DNA from: an uncultured Alphaproteobacteria bacterium
GTDB lineage: Bacteria > Pseudomonadota > Alphaproteobacteria > Rhizobiales > Beijerinckiaceae
Direction of reading: 5' to 3'
NCBI GenBank assembly: GCA_963723525.1
Contig: CAVRRI010000027.1
Location: 79,807-143,806 of the forward strand
DNA length: 64,000 bases
The notes below the pieces were generated by a model. That model was not told where the DNA came from and ran no database searches. It worked only from the letters and a program-made list of their open reading frames with translations. The position numbers and the translations under genes were made by a program. Position 1 is the stretch's first letter; each line of letters starts with the position of its first letter. This document shows, piece by piece, positions 56,635 to 64,000 of the stretch.

Positions 56635-59380
56635 CGCTGCGGCGGTGTATCCCATCCCCGTCCTCGCCTTCGAAGACGTCCAGGAGGGCCCGGCGGATGG
56701 CTGCCTGACGGCTCGGATGAGTGACTTTGGTACCGGTCAGGTCGGTCACGTAGAAGACGTCGACCGCCTTTTCGCCGAAGGTGGCGATGTGGGCGGAGGC
56801 GATGTTGAGGTTGAGCTTTCCGAGCACGGTCGTGAGATCGTAGAGCAGGCCGGGGCGGTCGAGGCCGGACACCTCGACGACGGTCTGGCGGTTCGAGAGC
56901 GCATTGTCGATCGATACTTCGGGCGCCACATGGAAGGTTCGCGACCGTTCCTTCCCCGGGCGCTTGCCGTCGACGAGGTCGGCGATCTTCACCTCTCCCT
57001 TCAGGGCCCGCTCGATGGCCGATGCCACCCGTTCGGCGCGGCGCAGTTCGTCCTCGTCCCGGTCGAAGGCCCGGGAGATGACGATGGAATCGAGCGCGAG
57101 GCCGTCCGACGTCGTGAAGATCTGCGCGTCGACGATGTTGCCGCCCGACGCCGCGCAGGCCCCCGTGATGATCGCGAGCAACCGCGGATGGTCGGGCGAC
57201 AGCACCGTCAGTTCCGTCACGCCCCGGAACCGGTCCGTCTCGACTTCCGTTGCGACCGTGCGCCCGCCCTCCTCCGCGGCCCTGACGAAGCGGGCGTGCT
57301 TGACGCGCCGCGCTTCCTCCACCTTGAGCCAGTAGGCCGGATAGTGGCGGGCCACATAGGATTCGAAGACGTCGCGCGGCCAATCCTGAAGTTCCCGGCG
57401 CAGGCGCTCCTGGGCGAAGCGCACCCGGTCGGAGCGCGCCACGTCCGCCGCGCCGCCGCCGAGTTCCACCTCGGTCTCGTAGTAGAGCGTGCGCAGGAGT
57501 TCGCCCTTCCATCCCGTCCAGACGCCGGGACCGACCGCCTTGATGTCGGCAACGGTCAGGACGAGCAGCAGCTTCAGGCGCTCGATCGTCTGAACGATCG
57601 CGGCGAAACTCTTGATCGTCGTCGGATCGGAGAGATCGCGGCTCTGCGCTATCGTCGACATGGCGAGGTGATGCTCGATGAGCCAGGCGGCCGTGTCGGT
57701 CTCCGCCGCATCGAGCCCGAGCCGCGGCCCGAGCTTGCGCGCGATGGCGGCGCCGGCCAGCGAGTGGTCCTCGGGGCGCCCCTTCGCGATGTCGTGCAGG
57801 AACAGCGCCAGATAGAGCGCGCGGCGGTTCTGGATGGTATGGATGATGCGGTTGGCGAGCGGATGCTCGCCGCCGAGACGCCCGGCTTCGATCTCCGAGA
57901 GCACGCCGATGCAGCGGATGAGGTGCTCGTCCACCGTATAGTGGTGATACATGTTGAACTGCATCATCGCGACGATGCGGCCGAAATCCGGGATGAAGCG
58001 TCCGAGCACGCCCGCCTCGTTCATCCGCCGCAGGACCACTTCGGGCGCGTTCTTCGAGGTGAGGATATCGAGGAACAGGCGGCTCGCCTCCTCGTCGCTG
58101 CGCAGCGACGGACCGATCAGCCGCAGCGACCGTGTGGCAAGCCTCGTCGCATCGGGATGGATCGGCCGGTTGTTGCGGTCGGCGAGCCAGAAGAGGCGGA
58201 TGAGGTTCACCGGATCGCGCTCGAACGCCATTTCGTCCCGCACGTTGATGCGGTCGTTGTCGATGATGAAGTCCTCGGCTTCGAGAGTGCCGCCGCGCCG
58301 GCGGCGGAAGCGGCCGAAGACCCGGTCGAGCACGGGCCGGTGCTTCGCCTGCCGCGCCTCCAGTCCCGCGCAGACGATCGCGGTGAGGTCGCCGACGTCC
58401 TTCGCGATGAGGAAGTAGGCCTTCATGAAACGTTCGACGGACGAGAGCCCTCCGCGCGGAGAGAGGCCGATGCGCTCCGCGACGGACCGCTGGAGATCGA
58501 AGGACAGGCGCTCCTCGGCGCGGCCCGTGGCGAAATGCATGTGGCAGCGCACGCGCCAGAGAAATTCCTCGCAGCGGGCGAAGAGGCGGAACTCCTCCGG
58601 CGAGAACAGGCCGGCCCTCACGAGCTCCTCGGGCTCGCGGACCCGGTAGACGTACTTGGCGATCCAGAACAGCGTATTCAGATCGCGCAGGCCCCCCTTG
58701 CCGTCCTTGACGTTCGGCTCGACGAGATAGCGGGAAGCGCCGGCCTTGGTGACGCGCGCGTCGCGCTCCCTCAGCTTCGCGTCCACGAACTCGGCCGACG
58801 ACGTGGCGATGAGCTCCCGGTCGAACCGCGCGTTGAGCGTATCGTAGAGCGCGTGGTCGCCGAACAGGAAGCGCGCTTCGAGGAGCGAGGTGCGGATCGT
58901 CATGTCCCCTTTCGCCTCGCGCAGGCACTCGGCGACCGAGCGGGTCGCGTGGCCGACCTTCAGCTTCAGGTCCCATAGGCAATAGAGGATCGCCTCGACG
59001 ACGCTCTCGCTCCATGCGGTCTGCTTGTCGGGGAGGAGGAACAGGAGGTCGACGTCGGAGCCGGGGGCGAGCGTGCCGCGTCCGTAGCCGCCGGTCGCCA
59101 CGACGGCCAGACGTTCCGAACTCGTCGGATTGTGGGCGGGATAGAGGTGCTGCACGACCGCGTCGTGAACGGCCTGCAGCGCGCCGTCCATGAGCCCCGA
59201 GAGCCGACGTGCGCAGCCGAGGCCATCCCGCTGCGACAGGAGCTCCGCCTCGGCCTCCGCCCGGCCCTCGCCGAGACGGCGGCGGATTTCCGGCACGAGC
59301 CGGGAGCGGAGCGCGGCCGCATCGCCGATGGGCTCCGAGCCGAGGTCCCGAAGGACCGCATCGAACGGGGGATTCATCAT
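56630..59380 (-). CDS. glnD: PII uridylyltransferase/uridylyl-removing enzyme
   Basis: GGYGRG..SDVDLL, NVKDGKGGLRD, HHYTVDEH, LHDIAKG, two ACT domains (DHPRLL, DRPGLL). Confidence 0.97.
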   Translation of the reverse strand: MMNPPFDAVLRDLGSEPIGDAAALRSRLVPEIRRRLGEGRAEAEAELLSQRDGLGCARRLSGLMDGALQAVHDAVVQHLYPAHNPTSSERLAVVATGGYGRGTLAPGSDVDLLFLLPDKQTAWSESVVEAILYCLWDLKLKVGHATRSVAECLREAKGDMTIRTSLLEARFLFGDHALYDTLNARFDRELIATSSAEFVDAKLRERDARVTKAGASRYLVEPNVKDGKGGLRDLNTLFWIAKYVYRVREPEELVRAGLFSPEEFRLFARCEEFLWRVRCHMHFATGRAEERLSFDLQRSVAERIGLSPRGGLSSVERFMKAYFLIAKDVGDLTAIVCAGLEARQAKHRPVLDRVFGRFRRRRGGTLEAEDFIIDNDRINVRDEMAFERDPVNLIRLFWLADRNNRPIHPDATRLATRSLRLIGPSLRSDEEASRLFLDILTSKNAPEVVLRRMNEAGVLGRFIPDFGRIVAMMQFNMYHHYTVDEHLIRCIGVLSEIEAGRLGGEHPLANRIIHTIQNRRALYLALFLHDIAKGRPEDHSLAGAAIARKLGPRLGLDAAETDTAAWLIEHHLAMSTIAQSRDLSDPTTIKSFAAIVQTIERLKLLLVLTVADIKAVGPGVWTGWKGELLRTLYYETEVELGGGAADVARSDRVRFAQERLRRELQDWPRDVFESYVARHYPAYWLKVEEARRVKHARFVRAAEEGGRTVATEVETDRFRGVTELTVLSPDHPRLLAIITGACAASGGNIVDAQIFTTSDGLALDSIVISRAFDRDEDELRRAERVASAIERALKGEVKIADLVDGKRPGKERSRTFHVAPEVSIDNALSNRQTVVEVSGLDRPGLLYDLTTVLGKLNLNIASAHIATFGEKAVDVFYVTDLTGTKVTHPSRQAAIRRALLDVFEGEDGDGIHRRSA

Positions 59381-59557
59381 GCGCCCGCTTACCACCTTTT
59401 GCGGTGCAGCGCCCATGGAGCGACGGGCGGACGTTCGTCGCACGCCCGGATCCCTCGCCCTTCGATGAGCTTGTATACCAAACGATCTGTCCTACAAAGA
59501 GGACAGGCCCGAAAACGATCCGGCTTTCGGGCGCAGGCACACATCGAGGATCCGGAG

Positions 59558-60085
59558 ATGGACGCATCCGCTCTCCGCGCCCTGCAGGCGCCGCTGAAGG
59601 ACCGCTATCGCGACGAGCCGGAGGCCGCCGTCGTCACCCTCGAGGCGCAGGGCACGCTGGACGACCAGCGTATCGCCTGCAAGGTCGAGACCGGCCGCGC
59701 GCTCGCGGTTGCCGGCCTGCATCCGGCGAGCGGCGGCACGGGCGCCGAGCTCTGCTCCGGCGACATGCTCCTCGAAGCCCTCGTCGCCTGCGCGGGGGTG
59801 ACCCTGAAGGCCGTCGCAACGGCGCTCGAGGTCGAGCTGCGGAAGGGAATCGTGCGCGCGGAAGGCGACCTCGACTTCCGCGGCACCCTCGGGGTCGACA
59901 AGTCGGCGCCGGTCGGCTTCCGGGCCATCCGCCTGTCCTTCGAGATCGACGCGGACGCACCTCAGGAGAAGCTGGACCAGCTCCTCAAGCTCACCGAGCG
60001 CTACTGCGTGGTGTTCCAGACGCTGAGCCACAGACCCGATTTGTCGGTGCAGGTGAAGCGGAGCGCGACGCCGCACCCGGTGTGA
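59558..60085 (+). CDS. OsmC-family protein
   Basis: LCSGDMLLEALVACAG, GDLDFRGTLG, LTERYCVV. Confidence 0.9.
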   Translation: MDASALRALQAPLKDRYRDEPEAAVVTLEAQGTLDDQRIACKVETGRALAVAGLHPASGGTGAELCSGDMLLEALVACAGVTLKAVATALEVELRKGIVRAEGDLDFRGTLGVDKSAPVGFRAIRLSFEIDADAPQEKLDQLLKLTERYCVVFQTLSHRPDLSVQVKRSATPHPV

Positions 60086-60110
60086 TCCAAGGGCCGGTGG
60101 CTTGCGTCCT

Positions 60111-60201
60111 CACAAGGCGTCCTCCTCGTGAGAAACGACCGGCGGCGGGCCAAGCCGCCGCCGTTTCAGCCCCGGCGGGTCGGCGCTGCCGGTGAACCAC
60201 T
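60111..60201 (-). repeat. Dispersed structured element family 3, copy B
   Basis: Reverse complement GTGGTTCACC(GGCAGC)GCCGACCCGCCGGGGCTGAAACGGCGGCGGCTTGGCCCGCCGCCGGTCGTTTCTCACGAGGAGGACGCCTTGTG. Confidence 0.8.
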
Positions 60202-60360
60202 GGGGCGTGCGGAGCGAGACCTCAAGGATCGGGTCGAGGCTCAAGCGCCGGAACCGAAGGTCGAGGTTCAGGCGCCCCTATCGGCCCGAGATCCTTAAGG
60301 TCGCGCTGCGCGCGCCCGAAGATGACGCCTTCAGCATAGCCGTCGGCGCGATGGGTGACT

Positions 60361-61308
60361 TCACCCGCCTCTCGCCTTTTCCTCGATCTTGTCCCAGAGC
60401 GGCACGCTGAGGTCGGGGCCGCCGAGGCGGTGGATCGCCCGCAGGCCGGTCGGGCAGGTGACGTTGATCTCGGTGAGGTTGCCGTCGATCACATCGATGC
60501 CCACGAAGATCAGGCCGCGCCGCCGCAGCTCGGGGCCGATGGTCTCGCAGATCTCGCGCTCGCGGGACGAGAGGTCCGCGGGCTTCGCGGCGCCGCCGCG
60601 GACCATGTTGGAGCGGATGTCGTTCGCCGCCGGTACGCGGTTGACGGCGCCTGCCGCCTCCCCGTCGATGAGGATGATGCGTTTGTCGCCCGCGCTCACT
60701 TGGGGCAGGAAGCGCTGCACGACCCAAGGCTCCTTGAACATCGACGCGAAGAGGTCGTAGAGCGACCCGAAATTCGGATCCTCGCGGGTGACCCGCACCA
60801 CCGCCGCGCCGCCATGGCCGTGCAGCGGCTTCATGACGATATCGCCGAACTCCTCGCGGAACATCTCGATCTCCTGCTTGTCGCGGGTGATGAGGGTCGC
60901 CGGCATGAGCGCGGGGAAATGGGTGACGAAAATCTTCTCGGGAGCGTTGCGCACTTCCGCCGGGTCGTTCACCACCAGCGTCCGCGGGTGGATCCGCTCG
61001 AGGAGATGGGTCGCGGTCACGTAGCCCATGTCGAAGGGCGGCTCCTGACGCATGAGCACGACATTCGTGGTGGCGAGGTCGATGCGCTCGGTCTCGCCTA
61101 AGCTGAAGTGGTTGCCCTCGACGTCCCGGACCTCGATCGGCTGCACGCGGGCGACGACCTGTCCGTCGCGCATGGAGAGCTGGTCCGGCGTGAAATAGAG
61201 CTGGCGATGCCCGCGCCGTTGCGCCTCCAGCATCATCGCGAACGTCGAATCGCCCGCGATCTTGATGCGATGGATGGGGTCCATCTGGACCGCGACTGTC
61301 AGCGCCAT
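60361..61308 (-). CDS. gshB: Glutathione synthetase
   Basis: [47 protein letters not shown]. Confidence 0.95.
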   Translation of the reverse strand: MALTVAVQMDPIHRIKIAGDSTFAMMLEAQRRGHRQLYFTPDQLSMRDGQVVARVQPIEVRDVEGNHFSLGETERIDLATTNVVLMRQEPPFDMGYVTATHLLERIHPRTLVVNDPAEVRNAPEKIFVTHFPALMPATLITRDKQEIEMFREEFGDIVMKPLHGHGGAAVVRVTREDPNFGSLYDLFASMFKEPWVVQRFLPQVSAGDKRIILIDGEAAGAVNRVPAANDIRSNMVRGGAAKPADLSSREREICETIGPELRRRGLIFVGIDVIDGNLTEINVTCPTGLRAIHRLGGPDLSVPLWDKIEEKARGG

Positions 61309-61435
61309 GGGAAGCCTCTTGAAGCGATGGGCCCTTATCGGGCGGAGGCCGTGCAAACGCAACCCGAGCCGAACCCTGCGCCCGCTCGGGCGTTGGCCCT
61401 AGTCTCACACCCTCCCCGAGGACCATCTCACCCGC

Positions 61436-62302
61436 ATGCCTCGCGCCCTTCTCATCGTCAATGCCAAGAGCCGCAGCGGGGCGGCGCAGCTGGAACAGGC
61501 GGTCGCGGCTCTCCAGGCGCATGGCGTCGAGGCGGTCCATCGGGAATGCGGTGCACGCGAGGAGCTGTCGCCGCTCATCCTGGAGGAGGGACGGGACGCG
61601 GACCTCGTCGCGGTCGGCGGCGGCGACGGCACCATCAACGCCGCGGCCCTCGGGGTGGTCGAACTCGGCGTTCCCCTCGGCATCCTGCCCATGGGCACGG
61701 CGAACGATCTTGCCCGAACGCTCGGCATCCCGCCCGACCTGAATGCGGCCGCGCGGATCATCGGCGAGGGCCGGACCCGCCGCATCGATCTCGGACTCGT
61801 CAACGGCGAACCGTTCTTCAACGTGGCCTCCATCGGTCTCTCGGCGGAACTCGCGCAGAAGCTGACGCGGGAGATCAAGCGCCGTTGGGGCCGGCTCGGC
61901 TATGGGCTCGTGGCGCTGCGGGTCCTGATGCAGGCCCGCCCGTTCAGCGCCGTCATCACGAGCGCGGAGGGGACCGTGCGGGCGAGGACGCTCCAGATCG
62001 CCGTCGGGAACGGGCGCTATTACGGGGGCGGCAACGCGGTGGAGAAGACCGCCGCCATCGACGACCAGCATCTCGACCTCTACAGCCTCGAACTCAAGCA
62101 GGCCTGGAAACTGGCCCTGATGGCGCGATCCTTCCGCTACGGCGAGCATGGCGCCTGGGAGGAGGTCCGGGCGATCCGCGCCAAGGAGTTCGAGATCCGC
62201 ACGCGGCGGCCGCGCCCGATCAACTGCGACGGCGAGATCGTCACCTATACGCCGGCCCGATTCACCATCCGCCCGAGCGCCGTCACTGTGTTCGCGCCTT
62301 GA
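61436..62302 (+). CDS. Diacylglycerol-kinase-family lipid kinase (YegS/BmrU)
   Basis: VNAKS, GGGDGT, PMGTANDLAR, FFNVASIG, GNGRYYGGG, DGE. Confidence 0.9.
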   Translation: MPRALLIVNAKSRSGAAQLEQAVAALQAHGVEAVHRECGAREELSPLILEEGRDADLVAVGGGDGTINAAALGVVELGVPLGILPMGTANDLARTLGIPPDLNAAARIIGEGRTRRIDLGLVNGEPFFNVASIGLSAELAQKLTREIKRRWGRLGYGLVALRVLMQARPFSAVITSAEGTVRARTLQIAVGNGRYYGGGNAVEKTAAIDDQHLDLYSLELKQAWKLALMARSFRYGEHGAWEEVRAIRAKEFEIRTRRPRPINCDGEIVTYTPARFTIRPSAVTVFAP

Positions 62303-62450
62303 GACCGAGGCCATCACCCTCCAGCGCTCTGCGTACCGACGCCGCTCGCAGGAAAGGGCCGCGCCGGGCCCCTCTGCCAGAACGATGTGGCATTGCGAAT
62401 GCAAACGCCTACTCTGTCTTGAATAACTATTCGTTGTGAATGTGCCGCCC

Positions 62451-62699
62451 ATGCGCAATGTGGATACGGGCCTGCTGCGGGCGTTCGTTGCGGTCGCCGA
62501 GACCGGCGGGATGACTGCGGCCGGGATGGCGATGCTGCCGTCGACGGCACCGCACGCGCTCGAGGTGCTCGGCTCGCATTCGGGCCTGCCGGCCTTCTCG
62601 GTCACTCTTCATCTGCCGAAGACCGGCGGCACGCAAATCGCCCGCGAGCTGGCCCGCTTCATCCGCGGCTCGATCGTCGGGAAGCGGCTCGCCGCATAA
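62451..62699 (+). pseudogene. Internally deleted LysR-family regulator
   Basis: MRNVDTGLLRAFVAVAETGGMTAAG (start of the LysR HTH) fused in frame to a LysR-like C-terminal tail. Confidence 0.7.
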
Positions 62700-62745
62700 A
62701 GCGGTTCGCCGCGAACCGGAAGCCGGTCCCGGCACTCGGCGGAGT

Positions 62746-63123
62746 TCATGAGATCTCAAGGTCGAACGCGTTCTTCAGGTGCCGCGGCCAACGCCACGGC
62801 GCCAGGAACACCGCATCGGCGCGCCAGGTCTTCGCGACGGCCGCCGGGTGGCGCGCGAGCCAGGCGCCGGCCGCGCGGGCGAAGCGCCGGCGCTTGGCGG
62901 CCGTGATTGCGACAAGGGCGTCGTCCATGAGTCCCCGCGCTTTCACCTCGACGAACGCGATGGTGTCGCCCCGCGCGACGATGAGATCGACCTCGCCGCC
63001 CGCCGCCGCATAGCGGCGCGCCAGCGGCCGGTATCCTTTCAGGAGAAGAGCGGCGAGCGCTGCCGCTTCCGCCAAATGGCCGCGGACGACAGTGGCGCGG
63101 CGGCGCTCGGCGGCGGACTTCAC
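62746..63123 (-). CDS. yraN: YraN / UPF0102 family protein
   Basis: [25 protein letters not shown]; lies downstream of rsmI. Confidence 0.9.
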   Translation of the reverse strand: MKSAAERRRATVVRGHLAEAAALAALLLKGYRPLARRYAAAGGEVDLIVARGDTIAFVEVKARGLMDDALVAITAAKRRRFARAAGAWLARHPAAVAKTWRADAVFLAPWRWPRHLKNAFDLEIS

Positions 63124-63200
63124 CGAACCCCTGCCAACCTTGGATGACGAATCCCGACGTCGAATTTCATGGAGGGTTCCGGAGCCAGTGAGCGCAGGTC

Positions 63201-63428
63201 CTAGAGCATCGGACCCCGAAGTGAAATCCACTTTGGGGATTTGATCCGATGCTCACCTGTTGAGAACGGCGCATCGATTGACGCGGAAAACCGGGTCCGC
63301 TTGTCCGCACGATGCGAGCATCGGACCCGAAAGGGGACCCACTTTTGGGATGCATCCGATGCTCTCGTTCTCGAGCAGCGCATCGTTTGACGCGGAAAAC
63401 CGGGTCCACTTTTCCGCACGATGCGCTA
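63201..63428 (+). repeat. RIME/REP-like family 1, tandem dimer
   Basis: CTAGAGCATCGGACCCCGAAGTG...ACGATGCG-AGCATCGGACCCGAAAGGGG...CCGCACGATGCGCTA. Confidence 0.9.
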
Positions 63429-64000
63429 ATCCTTCGCCTTCGCGAGCGCCAGCGCGCGGGCGTAGACGTCCCGTTTCGGCATCCCGAGTTCGTCCGCGAC
63501 CAGAGCCGCGGCGTCCTTGATCGAGTGGGCCGCGAGTGCGGCGCGGATCCGGTCGTCCAGCACCGCATCGGCTTCCGCTGCCTGCATGGCCTGCGTCGCC
63601 TCGCCGATGAGCACCACGATCTCGCCCTTGGGCGGACCTTCCGCGGCAAAAGTTGCGGCGAGTTCCGGCAGGGTGCCCCGACGGACCGTCTCGAACATCT
63701 TGGTCAGCTCCCGCGCCACCACCGCCTGCCGCTCACCGAGGACCGCGGCCGCGTCGGCCAGCATCTCCGGCAGGCGATGAGGCGCCTCGAAGAGCATGAG
63801 GGTGCCGGGGATCGTCGCGAGCTGGGCGAGGCGCGTGCGCCGCGCGGCGCTCTTCGGCGGCAGGAAGCCTTCGAAGAAGAAGCGGTCGGTGGGCAGGCCG
63901 GAGACGACGAGAGCCGCCGTGACCGCCGAGGGTCCGGGAATGGGCGTCACCGGCAATCCCTCGGCAATCGCGGCCTGCACGAGTTTGTAGCCGGGATCGG
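63426..64000 (-). CDS. rsmI: 16S rRNA C1402 2'-O-methyltransferase, 3' part
   Basis: DPGY, PIPGPSA, FFFEGFLP, FEAPHR, RELTKMFE, KGEIV. Confidence 0.95.
   Translation of the reverse strand, partial: DPGYKLVQAAIAEGLPVTPIPGPSAVTAALVVSGLPTDRFFFEGFLPPKSAARRTRLAQLATIPGTLMLFEAPHRLPEMLADAAAVLGERQAVVARELTKMFETVRRGTLPELAATFAAEGPPKGEIVVLIGEATQAMQAAEADAVLDDRIRAALAAHSIKDAAALVADELGMPKRDVYARALALAKAKD

Noticed and set aside
55904-58978. 1024-aa plus-strand ORF
   Set aside because: Antisense shadow of grpE/glnD

Overview
GC-rich alphaproteobacterial DNA (Rhizobiales; gene content and repeats suggest the Methylobacteriaceae/Microvirga group). Many single-base indels split even essential genes (aroA, dnaK, dnaJ, pyrF), which points to long-read assembly errors, so gene boundaries below are reconstructed across frames. 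Positions 1 to ~23.3 kb are an accessory island abutting the 3' end of tRNA-Ala(GGC), with a relic att-like junction. The island holds two Opp/Dpp-type ABC importers, a hydantoinase/oxoprolinase A+B pair, a DAO-family flavoenzyme, a D-cysteine desulfhydrase-like PLP enzyme, an SDR, an SbnB/OCD-family enzyme, a non-canonical M20 hydrolase, a GntR regulator, a cytoplasmic BisC-type molybdoenzyme with a 3-mercaptopyruvate sulfurtransferase, an IS5 and several gene relics. An identical 16-bp motif (ATGATATATGATATAT) sits in both divergent promoters of the central module. Together these suggest an undescribed catabolic regulon for an opine-like or sulfur-amino-acid conjugate; this is the best candidate for a novel system. 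Positions ~23.4-64 kb are core genome (aroA-cmk, mgsA, hrpB, maeB, mutS, comM, olsB, queG-fzlA, uppP, nth, ada/ogt, dnaK-dnaJ-pmtA-pyrF-dapB, grpE, glnD, gshB, yraN, rsmI). The core contains three dispersed repeat families (one of which repeatedly supplies host TAG stop codons), a membrane-anchored pseudo-kinase/receiver protein with a CtrA-like box, and gene order suggesting two nested inversions. All family assignments come from motif recognition by eye; no database searches were run.
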